Origin: Mycobacterium riyadhense
GTDB taxonomy: Bacteria > Actinomycetota > Actinomycetes > Mycobacteriales > Mycobacteriaceae
Reading direction: 5' to 3'
Length of the DNA: 32,000 bases
Assembly (NCBI RefSeq): GCF_963853645.1
Contig: NZ_OY970456.1
Span: forward strand, 314,309-346,308
The translations under genes were made by a program, and so were the position numbers. The notes beneath the pieces are model-generated. The model did not search any database. It saw nothing but the letters and a program-made list of their open reading frames with translations, and was not told the origin of the DNA. This document shows, one piece after another, positions 1 to 10,039 of the stretch. The stretch's first letter is position 1. Each line of letters starts with the position of its first letter.

Positions 1-678
1 TTCGCAGTGCCCGTGCTGGTCCTGCCAGCCGAAGACGGGTGTCGAGCGAACGACCGTCACGCCTTTGGTGTCCATTGGCACCAAGACCATCGACTGTTGC
101 TGGTGTGCGGCCGCCTCGGGGTTGGTGCGGCCCATCACGATGAGGATCTTGCAGCGCGGGTCCGCCGCGCCCGAGGTCCACCACTTACGCCCGTTGATCA
201 CATAGTCGGCGCCGTCACGCACGATGGACGTCTCGATGTTGCGGGCGTCGCTGCTGGCAACCGCCGGCTCGGTCATCGAGAAGGCGCTGCGAATCTCGCC
301 GGCCAGCAACGGTTCCAACCACTGCTTGCGTTGTTCGTCGGTGGCGAACAGATGCAAGGTCTCCATGTTTCCGGTGTCCGGCGCGGCGCAGTTGAGTGCC
401 TCGGGCGCAATCTCCAGGCTCCAGCCGGTCAACTCGGCCAGCGGCGCGTATTCCAGGTTGGTCAGTCCTGACTCGGCCGGCAGGAACAGGTTCCACAGGC
501 CGTGCTCCTTGGCCTTGGTTTTCAGGTCCTCGATGATCGGGGGCACGGTGTGGTCGCGCGGGCCGGCCTCGTGGCGGTAGCGGTCGTATTCAGCCTCGGC
601 CGGAAAGACGTATTCGGTCATGAAGTCGGACAACCGCTTGTGGTAGTCGATCGCCGTGGCCGACATCGCGAAGTCCAT
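1..678 (-). CDS. fadE2: Acyl-CoA dehydrogenase, N-terminal 226 codons; the 3' end runs off the left edge of the window
   Basis: This ORF is absent from the track because it has no stop in the window. Manual minus-strand translation from the ATG at 678-676 gives [87 protein letters not shown]...[55 protein letters not shown]...[12 protein letters not shown]. It stays in frame to position 1 and matches the ACAD N-terminal and middle domain pattern. It lies next to pntAa as in M. tuberculosis. Confidence 0.8.
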   Translation of the reverse strand, partial: MDFAMSATAIDYHKRLSDFMTEYVFPAEAEYDRYRHEAGPRDHTVPPIIEDLKTKAKEHGLWNLFLPAESGLTNLEYAPLAELTGWSLEIAPEALNCAAPDTGNMETLHLFATDEQRKQWLEPLLAGEIRSAFSMTEPAVASSDARNIETSIVRDGADYVINGRKWWTSGAADPRCKILIVMGRTNPEAAAHQQQSMVLVPMDTKGVTVVRSTPVFGWQDQHGHCE

Positions 679-766
679 GTCCGCCACGATAGGACACGTG
701 CGGCGGCGCTCACTTTGCCGGTCGCGAAAGGGCAAGCGGTCGGATACTCTCTGAATGCCTTTGAGT

Positions 767-959
767 CGCGGCGGGAGAGTCCCGCCGATTCATTTCGGCA
801 GGCGCCGCAGGAGCAAATCCTCCCCGGGAATCTCTCAGGCACACCTACCGCCGCGACGAGGCACCTCTGGAAAGCAGCCGTGCAATGCGGCTCACCGACG
901 GGGCAAGCGAATCGTCACCAGACCGACGGTTCGCGAAACTCTCAGGTACAGCGACAGAG
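767..959 (+). promoter_or_regulatory. Tandem glycine riboswitch (aptamer 1 at 767-855, aptamer 2 at 865-959)
   Basis: Aptamer 1 has P1 CGCGGCGG (767-774) pairing with CCGCCGCG (848-855), plus GGGAGAG, GGCGCCGCAGGAGCAA and CTCTCAGGCACA. Aptamer 2 has P1 CTCTG (865-869) pairing with CAGAG (955-959), plus CTCTGGAAAG, CACCGACGGGGCAA and CTCTCAGGTACAGCGACAGAG. A 9-nt linker joins them. The element lies directly upstream of the cycA start. Confidence 0.8.
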
Positions 960-1013
960 CGGGGAGGGACCGCGTTCGACCCTTCCCATTGTCCTGAGAC
1001 CCGTAAGGCTGAG

Positions 1014-2447
1014 ATGGCGCAACCCACTGCTGAAGCCGCAGCGCACGAAGATCTTTCCCGGCAACTGTCCAACCGTCACATTCAGCTGATCGCGATCGGT
1101 GGCGCCATCGGCACCGGCTTATTCATGGGCTCAGGAAAGACCATCTCGCTCACCGGTCCGTCGGTGATACTCATCTACCTGATCGTCGGTTTCATGTTGT
1201 TCTTCGTGATGCGCGCGATGGGCGAATTGCTGTTGGCCAACCTGCAGTACAAGTCCTTCATCGACTTCGCCGTCGATCTGCTCGGACCGTGGGCGGGCTT
1301 CTTCACCGGCTGGACCTACTGGTTCTGCTGGATCGTCACCGGCTCGGCCGACATTATTGCCATCGCCGGATACGTGAGCTTTTGGTGGCACGGTCTGCCG
1401 CTATGGATACCCGCATTGCTCGCGGTGCTGCTACTGATCGCGCTGAACCTGCCTACCGTCAAGGCATTCGGCGAGACCGAATTCTGGTTCGCGTTGATCA
1501 AGGTCATCGCGATCGTCGCGCTGATCGTCGTCGGCCTGGTGATGGTGTTCAACCACTTCAAGGCGCCCGGCGGTGCCACCGCGAGCTTCGCGAACTTGTG
1601 GAAGGACGGGTTCTTCCCCGCCAGCTCGATGGGATTCGTCGCCGCCTTCCAGATCGCGACGTTCGCGTTCGTCGGCATCGAGTTGGTCGGCACCACCGCG
1701 GCGGAAGTGAAGGCCCCCGAGCGCAATTTGCCGAAAGCCATAAACTCGATCCCCCTTCGGGTGATGCTGTTCTACGTGGCCGCATTGACCACGATCATGG
1801 CGGTGACACCGTGGCGCGAGATCAGCGCCGAACACAGCCCATTCGTTGCCATGTTCAGCCTTGCCGGCCTGGCCATCGCGGCGTCGGTGATCAACTTCGT
1901 CGTCCTGACTTCGGCAGCGTCAGCTGCGAATTCCGGAGTCTATTCGACATCGCGAACGATTTACCGGCTGGCGCTGGCGGGCGACGCACCCCGCCAGTTC
2001 GCCAAGCTCACCGCGCGGCGGGTACCGGCCAATGGGTTGTTCCTGTCCGGGGTGTTTCTGCTGTCGGCGGTGGTGATGGTTGCCGTCGGCAGCTCGATCA
2101 TCGGGCCGTTCACGGTTGTCACCACGATTTCCGCGTTGTGCTTCATGTTCGTTTGGTCGATCATCCTGATCAGCTACCTGGTGTATCGCCGACGTCATCC
2201 GCAGCTACACGAGGCGTCCCGGTTCAAGATGCCCGGCGGGAGCGCCATGTGCTACGTGGTGCTGGCGTTCTTCGGGTTCCTCATCTGGGCGTTTGCCCAG
2301 AAGCACGACACGCTGCAAGCCCTGCTGGTGACGCCGGTGTGGTTCGCGGTGCTCGGTGTCTCCTGGCTGGTGCTGCGCCGACGGCCGCGCCACCTCGTCC
2401 GCGAGGCGGACTTCACATCGGAATTGCATGCCGGGGACAACCCATGA
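1014..2447 (+). CDS. cycA: APC-family D-serine/D-alanine/glycine permease (CycA-like)
   Basis: The protein is very close to the E. coli CycA pattern: [30 protein letters not shown]...[44 protein letters not shown] place the start at ATG 1014 ([20 protein letters not shown]), preceded by AAGGCTGAG. The track start at 885 lies inside riboswitch aptamer 2. Confidence 0.85.
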   Translation: MAQPTAEAAAHEDLSRQLSNRHIQLIAIGGAIGTGLFMGSGKTISLTGPSVILIYLIVGFMLFFVMRAMGELLLANLQYKSFIDFAVDLLGPWAGFFTGWTYWFCWIVTGSADIIAIAGYVSFWWHGLPLWIPALLAVLLLIALNLPTVKAFGETEFWFALIKVIAIVALIVVGLVMVFNHFKAPGGATASFANLWKDGFFPASSMGFVAAFQIATFAFVGIELVGTTAAEVKAPERNLPKAINSIPLRVMLFYVAALTTIMAVTPWREISAEHSPFVAMFSLAGLAIAASVINFVVLTSAASAANSGVYSTSRTIYRLALAGDAPRQFAKLTARRVPANGLFLSGVFLLSAVVMVAVGSSIIGPFTVVTTISALCFMFVWSIILISYLVYRRRHPQLHEASRFKMPGGSAMCYVVLAFFGFLIWAFAQKHDTLQALLVTPVWFAVLGVSWLVLRRRPRHLVREADFTSELHAGDNP

Positions 2448-3823
2448 CCATTAGCGTGTTCGACCTGTTCAAGGTGGGGATCGGACCGTCCAGCTCGCAC
2501 ACGGTCGGTCCGATGCTGGCCGCAGCTCGGTTCGTCGCCGACCTCGACCGGCGAGGAATGCTGGCCGACGTGTCCAGCCTGCGGGTTGATCTGTACGGGT
2601 CGTTGGCCGCGACCGCAGTCGGGCATGGCACCATGCCGGCGATCCTGCTGGGCCTGGAGGGCTACTACCCCGACACCATCGAAAGCGACGAGATGGAGCA
2701 GCGCCTGGCCGCTCTCCGGGCAACCGGACAGCTCACCTTGGCCGGCTCGGTCCCGATCGCCTTTGCCGAAGATGACATCGCGCGGCACCCACGAACAGTG
2801 CTGCCGCGGCACCCGAACGGCATGGTGATCACCGCGATCGGGCGCGATGGACGCGAATTGCACTCGGAGACCTACTTTTCCATCGGCGGTGGTTTCGTCA
2901 TCACCGAATCCGAACCCGACCAGGCCGGCCCGGGCGCGGACACGCCATGGTCGTTCAGCTCGGCTGCGCAATTGCTCGCCCTGACCGACCGTCATCACGT
3001 GCGGATCAGTGACGTGATGCTGCGTCACGAGCTGGCAACCCGCTCCTACGCAGCCGTGCGTGAACAGCTGCTGCACCTGCGCGATGTCATGATCGCCTGC
3101 GAGCGCCGCGGTATCAGCCGGGACGGGTACCTGCCCGGCGACCTGCGGGTGCGCCGCCGAGCTCGGGGCTGGTACCTGCGACTCATTGACGAGGACCCCG
3201 GCCGCGATCCCGCCTTCGCCGAGGATTGGGTGAACCTGGTCGCCCTCGCGGTCAACGAGGAGAACGCGTCAGGAGGGCGCATCGTGACCGCCCCAACCAA
3301 CGGTGCCGCGGGAATCATCCCAGCCGTCATGCACTACGCGGTGCACTACACCGGCAAGGGGACCGACGCCGATGACGTTGCGATGCGCTTCCTGCTGACC
3401 GCGGGTGCGATCGGCTCGCTCTACAAGGAGCGGGCATCGATCTCCGGGGCGGAGGTCGGCTGCCAGGGCGAGGTCGGGTCGGCCGCCTCCATGGCCGCCG
3501 GTGCCCTCGCCGAGATCCTTTGCGGCACACCGCGTCAAGTCGAGAACGCTGCCGAAATCGCGATGGAACACAGTCTTGGCCTGACCTGCGATCCGATTGC
3601 CGGCCTGGTACAGGTGCCCTGCATAGAACGAAACGCCATCTCGGCAGGCAAAGCCATCAACGCCGCTCGAATGGCGTTGCGCGGAGATGGCACCCACCGG
3701 GTCAGTCTCGACGAGGTGATCGCCACCATGCGGTCCACCGGCGCGGACATGAACACCAAGTACAAGGAAACCGCCACCGGCGGGCTCGCCGTCAATGTTC
3801 CGGTGAATCTGGTCGACTGTTGA
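2444..3823 (+). CDS. sdaA: L-serine ammonia-lyase (iron-sulfur dependent, single chain)
   Basis: The sequence [24 protein letters not shown]...[14 protein letters not shown]...[25 protein letters not shown] matches this enzyme. The ATG at 2444 overlaps the cycA TGA as ATGA, indicating translational coupling. The upstream part of track ORF 1289..3823 is an out-of-context extension. Confidence 0.9.
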   Translation: MTISVFDLFKVGIGPSSSHTVGPMLAAARFVADLDRRGMLADVSSLRVDLYGSLAATAVGHGTMPAILLGLEGYYPDTIESDEMEQRLAALRATGQLTLAGSVPIAFAEDDIARHPRTVLPRHPNGMVITAIGRDGRELHSETYFSIGGGFVITESEPDQAGPGADTPWSFSSAAQLLALTDRHHVRISDVMLRHELATRSYAAVREQLLHLRDVMIACERRGISRDGYLPGDLRVRRRARGWYLRLIDEDPGRDPAFAEDWVNLVALAVNEENASGGRIVTAPTNGAAGIIPAVMHYAVHYTGKGTDADDVAMRFLLTAGAIGSLYKERASISGAEVGCQGEVGSAASMAAGALAEILCGTPRQVENAAEIAMEHSLGLTCDPIAGLVQVPCIERNAISAGKAINAARMALRGDGTHRVSLDEVIATMRSTGADMNTKYKETATGGLAVNVPVNLVDC

Positions 3824-3840
3824 CGCGCAGGATGGACGTC

Positions 3841-4320
3841 ATGACCGAGATGTCCGGGCCTTTTGAGGCCCGCCCGCCGTTTCCGCCGTTCACCCTCGAT
3901 ACCGCGATTCAGAAGGTACAGGCCGCAGAAGACGCCTGGAACACCCGCGACCCCGAGCACGTCAGCATGGCCTACACCGTCGACTCCCGGTGGCGAAACC
4001 GCGACGAGCACATTGTCGGCAGGGAGGAAATCGTGGCGTTCCTGAGTCGCAAATGGCAGCGCGAACTTGACTATTCGCTGCGCAAGAGCTTGTGGGATTT
4101 CCACGACAACCGCATTGCGGTGCGGTTTCAGTACGAATCTCGGGATCGCACCGGCCAGTGGTATCGCAGCTAGGGCAACGAACTGTGGGAATTCACCCCG
4201 ACGGGCTTGATGGCGCGCCGCGAAGCCAGCATCAACGACGTGCCGATCGCCGAATCCGAGCGACGCTACTTCGGGTCGCGCCCGCTATCGGAGCACGGGC
4301 GGGATATTCCCCTGTGGTGA
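3841..4320 (+). pseudogene. DUF1348 (NTF2/SnoaL-like) protein gene interrupted by an in-frame TAG at 4171-4173
   Basis: The reading frame [110 protein letters not shown] is followed by a TAG stop. It then continues in the same frame as [48 protein letters not shown] followed by a stop. The family consensus has Tyr (YGNE.WEF) where the TAG lies. Confidence 0.65.
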
Positions 4321-4423
4321 CTCGGGCAGTTCGGTTGAGCTGGGCCGTTCGGTTAGGGTGTCTTCGCACACCGGCGATTGGCCGGCCGGTAACTCATGAA
4401 TCAAGAAAGTAGATGTACGCGCC

Positions 4424-5524
4424 ATGACAGATCCGGAGACCATGCTCGTTACGGTCGGGGTGGTGGCCGAGTCCGGGCCCGAGGAGCGGCGCGTTGCGCT
4501 GGTGCCCAAGGCGGTCGCTTCGCTGGTGAACAGTGGTTTGGCGGTCGTGGTTGAGGCTGGCGCGGGCGAGCGGGCGCTGCTTCCCGACGAGCTCTACCTG
4601 GACGCGGGTGCCAGCATCGGGGATGCGTGGGGCGCCGACATCGTCGTCAAGGTAGCGCCGCCCACCAAGGACGAGGTCGGCCGGCTGCGCAGCGGACAGA
4701 CGCTGATCGGTTTCCTCGCACCCCGCGACGCCGACAACTCGATCGGCGCGCTGAAGCAAGCCGGTGTACAGGCGTTCGCGCTAGAGGCCATCCCGCGCAT
4801 CTCGCGAGCCCAGGTAATGGATGCGCTGTCGTCACAGGCCAACGTGTCCGGCTACAAGGCGGTGTTGCTCGCGGCCACGGAATCGACCCGGTTCTTCCCG
4901 ATGCTGACCACCGCGGCGGGCACGGTGAAACCGGCCACCGTGCTGGTGCTCGGAGTCGGCGTGGCCGGGCTGCAGGCGTTGGCGACGGCCAAACGCCTCG
5001 GTGCGCGCACCACCGGCTACGACGTGCGCCCCGAGGTAGCCGACCAGGTCCGTTCCGTGGGGGCGCAATGGCTTGATCTAGGCATCTCCGCGGCGGGCGA
5101 GGGCGGTTACGCGCGCGAGCTCACCGAAGATGAACGCGCCCAACAACAGAAGGCTCTGGAAGAGGCGATTAGCGGCTTCGACGTGGTGATCACCACCGCG
5201 CTGGTGCCGGGCCGGCCGGCGCCGCGGTTGGTGACGGCCGACGCGGTGGAAGCGATGAAGCCCGGCAGCGTGGTGGTGGACCTGGCCGGGGAGACCGGCG
5301 GCAACTGCGAGCTGACCGAGCCCGGACAGACCGTCGTCAAACACGACGTCACCATCGCGTCACCGCTCAACCTGCCCGCGACGATGCCCGAGCACGCCAG
5401 CGAGCTCTACAGCAAGAACATCACGGCGCTATTGGACCTGCTGGTCAAGGACGGCAAGCTGGCGCCCGACTTTGACGACGAAGTCATCGCGGAGTCATGT
5501 GTGACCCGAGAACAGAAAGCTTAG
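4424..5524 (+). CDS. pntAa: NAD(P) transhydrogenase subunit alpha part 1
   Basis: MTDPETMLVTVGVVAESGPEERRVALVPKAVASLVNSGLAVVVEAGAGERALLPDELY... matches the alanine dehydrogenase/PNT fold with a GVGVAGLQA nucleotide-binding motif. It is the first gene of the pnt operon. Confidence 0.9.
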   Translation: MTDPETMLVTVGVVAESGPEERRVALVPKAVASLVNSGLAVVVEAGAGERALLPDELYLDAGASIGDAWGADIVVKVAPPTKDEVGRLRSGQTLIGFLAPRDADNSIGALKQAGVQAFALEAIPRISRAQVMDALSSQANVSGYKAVLLAATESTRFFPMLTTAAGTVKPATVLVLGVGVAGLQALATAKRLGARTTGYDVRPEVADQVRSVGAQWLDLGISAAGEGGYARELTEDERAQQQKALEEAISGFDVVITTALVPGRPAPRLVTADAVEAMKPGSVVVDLAGETGGNCELTEPGQTVVKHDVTIASPLNLPATMPEHASELYSKNITALLDLLVKDGKLAPDFDDEVIAESCVTREQKA

Positions 5525-5526
5525 GT

Positions 5527-5862
5527 ATGTACGACGAACTACTGGCCAATCTGGCGATCCTGGTGTTGTCCGGATTCGTTGGGTTCGCGGTGATCTCCAA
5601 GGTGCCCAACACGCTGCACACCCCGCTCATGTCGGGGACCAACGCCATCCACGGCATTGTGGTGCTCGGTGCGCTCGTGGTGTTCGGGGAGGTCGAGCAC
5701 CCGTCGCTGGCCGTGCAGATCATCCTGTTCGTCGCGGTGGTGTTCGGCACGCTGAACGTCATCGGCGGGTTCATTGTCACCGACCGGATGTTGGGCATGT
5801 TCAAGGGCAAGAAGAAGGCGTCGGCCGACAAGGCCGAGAAAGCGGAGGCGGCCGCCAAATGA
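5527..5862 (+). CDS. pntAb: NAD(P) transhydrogenase subunit alpha part 2 (membrane)
   Basis: MYDELLANLAILVLSGFVGFAVISKVPNTLHTPLMSGTNAIHGIVVLGA... is a hydrophobic protein of 111 aa. Its ATG at 5527 lies 3 nt after the pntAa stop. Confidence 0.85.
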   Translation: MYDELLANLAILVLSGFVGFAVISKVPNTLHTPLMSGTNAIHGIVVLGALVVFGEVEHPSLAVQIILFVAVVFGTLNVIGGFIVTDRMLGMFKGKKKASADKAEKAEAAAK

Positions 5863-7280
5863 ACTACTTGGTGATCGTCCTCTACATCCTTGCGTTTTCG
5901 CTGTTCATCTACGGTTTGATGGGCCTGACCGGGCCCAGGACCGCGGTGCGGGGCAACCTGATCGCAGCGGTGGGCATGGCCATCGCCGTGGCGGCGACGC
6001 TGGTCAAGATTCAGCACACCGATCAGTGGGTTCTGATCATTGCCGGCTTGGTGGTGGGTGTGGTGCTCGGCGTCCCGCCGGCACGGCTGACCAAGATGAC
6101 CGCCATGCCGCAGTTGGTGGCGTTCTTCAACGGCGTCGGCGGCGGAACCGTCGCGCTCATCGCGCTGTCGGAATTCATCGAGACCAGCGGCTTTTCCGCG
6201 TTCCAGCATGGCGAGTCGCCGACCGTGCACATCGTGGTGGCCTCGCTGTTCGCCGCGATCATCGGATCGATCTCGTTCTGGGGTTCGATCATCGCGTTCG
6301 GCAAGTTGCAGGAAATTATCTCCGGCCGGCCGATCGGTATCGGAAAGGCGCAGCAGCCGTTCAACGTGCTGTTGCTGGTGGTGGCCGTCGCCGCCGCGGT
6401 GGTCATCGGTCTGGACGCGCATCCCGGGTCCGGCGGGGTGTCGCTGTGGTGGATGATCGGCCTGTTGGCCGCGGCCGGTGTGCTGGGTCTGATGGTGGTG
6501 TTGCCGATCGGTGGCGCTGACATGCCGGTGGTCATCTCGATGCTGAACGCCATGACCGGCCTCTCGGCCGCGGCGGCGGGCCTGGCGTTGAACAACACCG
6601 CAATGATCGTGGCGGGCATGATCGTCGGCGCGTCGGGTTCGATCCTGACCAACCTGATGGCCAAGGCAATGAACCGATCCATCCCGGCAATCGTCGCGGG
6701 CGGCTTTGGCGGTGGCGGCGTTGCCCCCAGCGGCGACGGCGGCGACAAACACGTCAAGTCCACTTCGGCCGCCGACGCCGCGATTCAGATGGCCTACGCG
6801 AACCAGGTGATTGTGGTGCCGGGCTACGGTTTGGCCGTCGCACAGGCCCAGCATGCCGTTAAAGATCTGGCCAGCCTGCTCGAAGACAAGGGTGTGCCGG
6901 TGAAATACGCGATTCACCCGGTTGCCGGCCGGATGCCTGGGCACATGAACGTGCTGTTGGCCGAGGCCGAGGTCGACTACGACGCGATGAAAGACATGGA
7001 CGACATCAACGACGAATTCGCGCGCACCGACGTCACCATCGTCATCGGGGCCAACGACGTCACCAATCCGGCGGCCCGCAACGAGCAGTCCAGCCCGATC
7101 TACGGGATGCCGATACTCAACGTCGACAAGTCGAAGTCGGTGATTGTGCTCAAGCGGTCAATGAATTCCGGATTCGCCGGCATCGACAATCCGCTGTTCT
7201 ATGCGGACGGCACCACCATGTTGTTCGGGGACGCAAAGAAATCGGTGACCGAGGTCGCCGAGGAACTCAAGGCTTTGTAG
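5859..7280 (+). CDS. pntB: NAD(P) transhydrogenase subunit beta
   Basis: This 473-aa protein has an N-terminal membrane domain and a C-terminal NADP(H) domain (VIVVPGYGLAVAQAQH...HPVAGRMPGHMNVLLAEA...IGANDVTNPAA). It overlaps pntAb by ATGA. Confidence 0.9.
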   Translation: MNYLVIVLYILAFSLFIYGLMGLTGPRTAVRGNLIAAVGMAIAVAATLVKIQHTDQWVLIIAGLVVGVVLGVPPARLTKMTAMPQLVAFFNGVGGGTVALIALSEFIETSGFSAFQHGESPTVHIVVASLFAAIIGSISFWGSIIAFGKLQEIISGRPIGIGKAQQPFNVLLLVVAVAAAVVIGLDAHPGSGGVSLWWMIGLLAAAGVLGLMVVLPIGGADMPVVISMLNAMTGLSAAAAGLALNNTAMIVAGMIVGASGSILTNLMAKAMNRSIPAIVAGGFGGGGVAPSGDGGDKHVKSTSAADAAIQMAYANQVIVVPGYGLAVAQAQHAVKDLASLLEDKGVPVKYAIHPVAGRMPGHMNVLLAEAEVDYDAMKDMDDINDEFARTDVTIVIGANDVTNPAARNEQSSPIYGMPILNVDKSKSVIVLKRSMNSGFAGIDNPLFYADGTTMLFGDAKKSVTEVAEELKAL

Positions 7281-7304
7281 CTGGGGCTTGGGGATGGGCG
7301 CGAG

Positions 7305-7375
7305 TCAGGGCAAGCCGTTGATCCCGTTGCTGGCCCAACAGCTGCCCGCCGGTGCCGCGGGCACCAACGACATCT
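7305..7375 (-). pseudogene. Ghost copy of a PE_PGRS 3' end (frameshifted relic)
   Basis: Positions 7305-7370 are about 80% identical at nucleotide level to 7535-7600, the true 3' end of the adjacent PE_PGRS gene. There is one 1-nt indel. The relic encodes ...GARGTGGQLL... / ...NGINGLP followed by a stop, compared with ...[19 protein letters not shown] followed by a stop in the intact gene. No upstream PE or PGRS coding continues from it. Confidence 0.5.
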
Positions 7376-7534
7376 GCGACACCTCCCAGCACAATCACCA
7401 CCAGCGTCTTGGAGCCAGTGCCCGGATACACAACCGTAGCCGATAGGGCGCCAACACATTACTGTTCGCCCGACGCTAGACCTAACGAGGAGCCGACGTT
7501 CAACAACCTTAACTTCGCGCTAGTGATCCTCGGC

Positions 7535-10024
7535 CTAGGGCGATCCGTTGATGCCGTCGACACCCAACAGCTGCCCGCCGGCGCCGCGGGTGCCGGCCTT
7601 GCCGAGAGTGGTAGCGAACCCGCCGTTGCCGCCGTTGCCGCCGACGCCGATTTGCCCCGCGTTGCCGCCGGTCCCGCCCGCCCCGCCGGTACCGCTAGAG
7701 AACGGGCGGCCCTGCCCGCCGGCGCCGCCAGCGCCGCCGTTGCCCAGCAGGTGTCCGGCCTTGCCGCCGTCCCCGCCGTCCCCGCCGAACCCTCCGTTGT
7801 GGCTCGCTCCTCCGGTCCCTCCGGTCCCCCCGTCGCCGAGCAGACCGGCGTTGCCGCCGGTCCCGCCGGCCCCGCCGCCACCGTTATTACTGAATCCGCC
7901 GGTCCCGCCGGTCCCGCCGGGGCCGAACAGCAGCCCGGCATGGCCACCTGCCCCGCCTGACCCGCCAGTGGTACCAAGGCAGGATCCACCGGCCCCACCG
8001 GCTCCGCCAGGGCCAAACAGCAGTCCGGCGTTGCCGCCGACGCCGCCTGCCCCGCCGCCACCGTTATTGCCGAATCCGCCGGTCCCGCCGGCCCCGCCGG
8101 GGCCGAACAGCAGCCCGGCATCGCCGCCGACTCCGCCGGCACCCCCATTGCCTAATTCGCCGAACCCGCCGGTGCCGCCTGCGCCGCCGCCGAGCAGCCC
8201 ACCCGTCCCGCCGGCCCCACCAGCCCCACCGTTAGTCTGACCCCATCCGCCGGCGCCGCCGGTCCCCCCGGCGCCCCACAGTCCACCGATCCCGCCGGTC
8301 CCACCGGCGCCGCCGTTGCCGATGTTGCCGACGTCGCCGAATCCCCCGACGCCGCCAATCCCGCCGTCCCCGAACAGCATTCCGCCGGCCCCACCGGCCC
8401 CACCGGCCCCCCCGTTGCCAGTCGTGGATCCCCCGCCAGCCCCGCCGACCCCACCAGTGCCCCACAGCCCGGCGGCACCGCCGATCCCGCCGTCTTGGCC
8501 CGCCGCGCCGGAGCCACCGGCGCCACCATCGCCGAGCAGCCAGCCACCGGGTGCCCCGGCTTGCCCGCTGCCGGGGGCGGCATGTGCGCCGTTGCCGATC
8601 AGCGGGCGCCCGGTCAGTGTTACGACGGGGGCGTTAATCACATCGAACACTCCCTGTAGCGGTCCGCTAGCGCCGGTGGTGCCGGCGGGGCCCAGCGTCG
8701 CGCCCAGCCCGCCGTAGGCACCGTTGCCGGCACTGCCGATCAGCGCGGCGTTGCCACCGCCCCCGCCGGCACCGCCGGTGGTGACGCCCTGCCCGCCGGT
8801 GCCGCCACCCCCGCCATTGCCGATCAGCTGTCCGGCCTTGCCGCCGGTCCCGCCGGCCCCGCCGCCGGCGCTGACGCTGGATCCGCCGACCCCGCCAATC
8901 CCGCCGTTGCCGATCAACTGTCCGGCGGTGCCGCCGTGCCCGCCGGCCCCGCCGGCCCCGCTCTCACTGGTTCCGCCGGTGCCGCCGGCCCCGCCGTTGC
9001 CGATCAGCTGTCCGGCGTTACCGCCGTCCCCGCCTGCCCCGCCCGTGCCGCCGAGGCTGGATCCGCCGACACCGCCCGCCCCGCCGCCGCCGATCAGGCC
9101 GGCGTTGCCACCGGCTCCGCCCGCCCCGCCGTCGGTGAAGGCGCCGACCCCGCCAGTCCCGCCGGCCCCGCCGCTGCCGAACAACAGGCCGCCGTCCCCG
9201 CCGGCTCCACCAGCGCCCCCGACGCCGCCGCTGGCGAATCCGCCGGGGCCGCCGTCGCCGCCGGCGGCCCCGATCAGCCCGCCCAGCAGCCCACCGGTTC
9301 CGCCAACCCCCCCGGCGCCGCCAAACTGACCGCTTCCGCCGCTTCCGCCGGCCCCACCGGCACCAAACAGCCCACCGGACCCACCGGCACCACCGGCCCC
9401 ACCGGTTTGGCCGATGATGGATGTAGACCCGCCGGATCCCCCGGTGCCGCCGTTGCCCCACAGCAAGCCACCAGCCCCACCAGCCCCACCGTCGCCGGTC
9501 CCGCGTCCGCCCGCCCCGCCGGCCCCGCCGGTGCCGATTAGCCCGGCCGCCCCACCATTGCCACCCCGCTGGCCGGTCGCGCCCGAGCCGCCAGCCCCAC
9601 CATTGCCCAGCAGCCAGCCACCCGGCGCCCCGTCCTGCCCACTGCCCGGGGCGCCGCTGGCGCCATTGCCGATCAACGGGCGCCCGGTGGCCACAACAGT
9701 CTGGGCGTTGACCGCATCCAGCACACTCTGCAGCGGCGAGGCGCTGGCCGCCTCCGCGCTGGCATAGGCGCCCGCACCGGCGGTCAGGGCTTGCGCAAAC
9801 CGGTCATGAAACGCTGCCACCTGCGCGCTGGCCGCCTGATAGCTCTGCCCGTGAGCGGAAAACAGCGCCGCGATCCCCGCCGAAACCTCATCGGCGGCGG
9901 CGGCCACGATGCTCGTCGTCGACGCCGCCGCGGCCGCATTGGCCGCACCCAGCGTCGAACCCGCACCGGCCAAATCCGAAGCCGCTGTCACCAACAGCTC
10001 GGGCACCACGAAGGTAAACGCCAT
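7535..10024 (-). CDS. PE_PGRS family protein (829 aa)
   Basis: The N-terminal PE domain reads [89 protein letters not shown] linker follows, then a long GGAGG/GGNGG repeat region. I choose the start at 10024 because AGGAGG lies 6 nt upstream. The track start at 10225 is an extension. Confidence 0.9.
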   Translation of the reverse strand: MAFTFVVPELLVTAASDLAGAGSTLGAANAAAAASTTSIVAAAADEVSAGIAALFSAHGQSYQAASAQVAAFHDRFAQALTAGAGAYASAEAASASPLQSVLDAVNAQTVVATGRPLIGNGASGAPGSGQDGAPGGWLLGNGGAGGSGATGQRGGNGGAAGLIGTGGAGGAGGRGTGDGGAGGAGGLLWGNGGTGGSGGSTSIIGQTGGAGGAGGSGGLFGAGGAGGSGGSGQFGGAGGVGGTGGLLGGLIGAAGGDGGPGGFASGGVGGAGGAGGDGGLLFGSGGAGGTGGVGAFTDGGAGGAGGNAGLIGGGGAGGVGGSSLGGTGGAGGDGGNAGQLIGNGGAGGTGGTSESGAGGAGGHGGTAGQLIGNGGIGGVGGSSVSAGGGAGGTGGKAGQLIGNGGGGGTGGQGVTTGGAGGGGGNAALIGSAGNGAYGGLGATLGPAGTTGASGPLQGVFDVINAPVVTLTGRPLIGNGAHAAPGSGQAGAPGGWLLGDGGAGGSGAAGQDGGIGGAAGLWGTGGVGGAGGGSTTGNGGAGGAGGAGGMLFGDGGIGGVGGFGDVGNIGNGGAGGTGGIGGLWGAGGTGGAGGWGQTNGGAGGAGGTGGLLGGGAGGTGGFGELGNGGAGGVGGDAGLLFGPGGAGGTGGFGNNGGGGAGGVGGNAGLLFGPGGAGGAGGSCLGTTGGSGGAGGHAGLLFGPGGTGGTGGFSNNGGGGAGGTGGNAGLLGDGGTGGTGGASHNGGFGGDGGDGGKAGHLLGNGGAGGAGGQGRPFSSGTGGAGGTGGNAGQIGVGGNGGNGGFATTLGKAGTRGAGGQLLGVDGINGSP

Positions 10025-10039
10025 CTTCGACCTCCTAAA

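Noticed and set aside
885-1013. An N-terminal extension of the cycA ORF (track start 885).
   Set aside because: It overlaps glycine riboswitch aptamer 2 and the platform hairpin. The residues are not conserved-looking, and an SD precedes the ATG at 1014.
1289-2443. The upstream 385 codons of track ORF 1289..3823.
   Set aside because: This is an alternative frame of cycA with Arg-rich junk composition. The true sdaA begins at [19 protein letters not shown] (2444).
4171-4173. The in-frame TAG read as programmed readthrough or pyrrolysine.
   Set aside because: No Pyl machinery is known in mycobacteria and I saw no recoding signal. A simple nonsense mutation or sequencing error is more parsimonious.
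5484-6944. A 486-aa minus-strand ORF antisense to pntAb/pntB. Similar long antisense ORFs occur at 15852..17387 (-), 27478..28491 (-), 2252..3076 (-) and 17594..18271 (-).
   Set aside because: Their Arg/His/Gly/Asp-rich composition is typical of antisense frames in high-GC DNA. Each lies opposite a gene with clear family signatures, and none has a domain-like sequence or an SD.
7548-9767. Pro-rich plus-strand ORFs (PPAPP repeats) and a regular short periodicity across 7.5-9.7 kb that could suggest a repeat array or CRISPR.
   Set aside because: They are the reverse complement of the GGA/GGN codon repeats of the PE_PGRS gene. There is no repeat/spacer structure with unique spacers, so this is not a CRISPR array.
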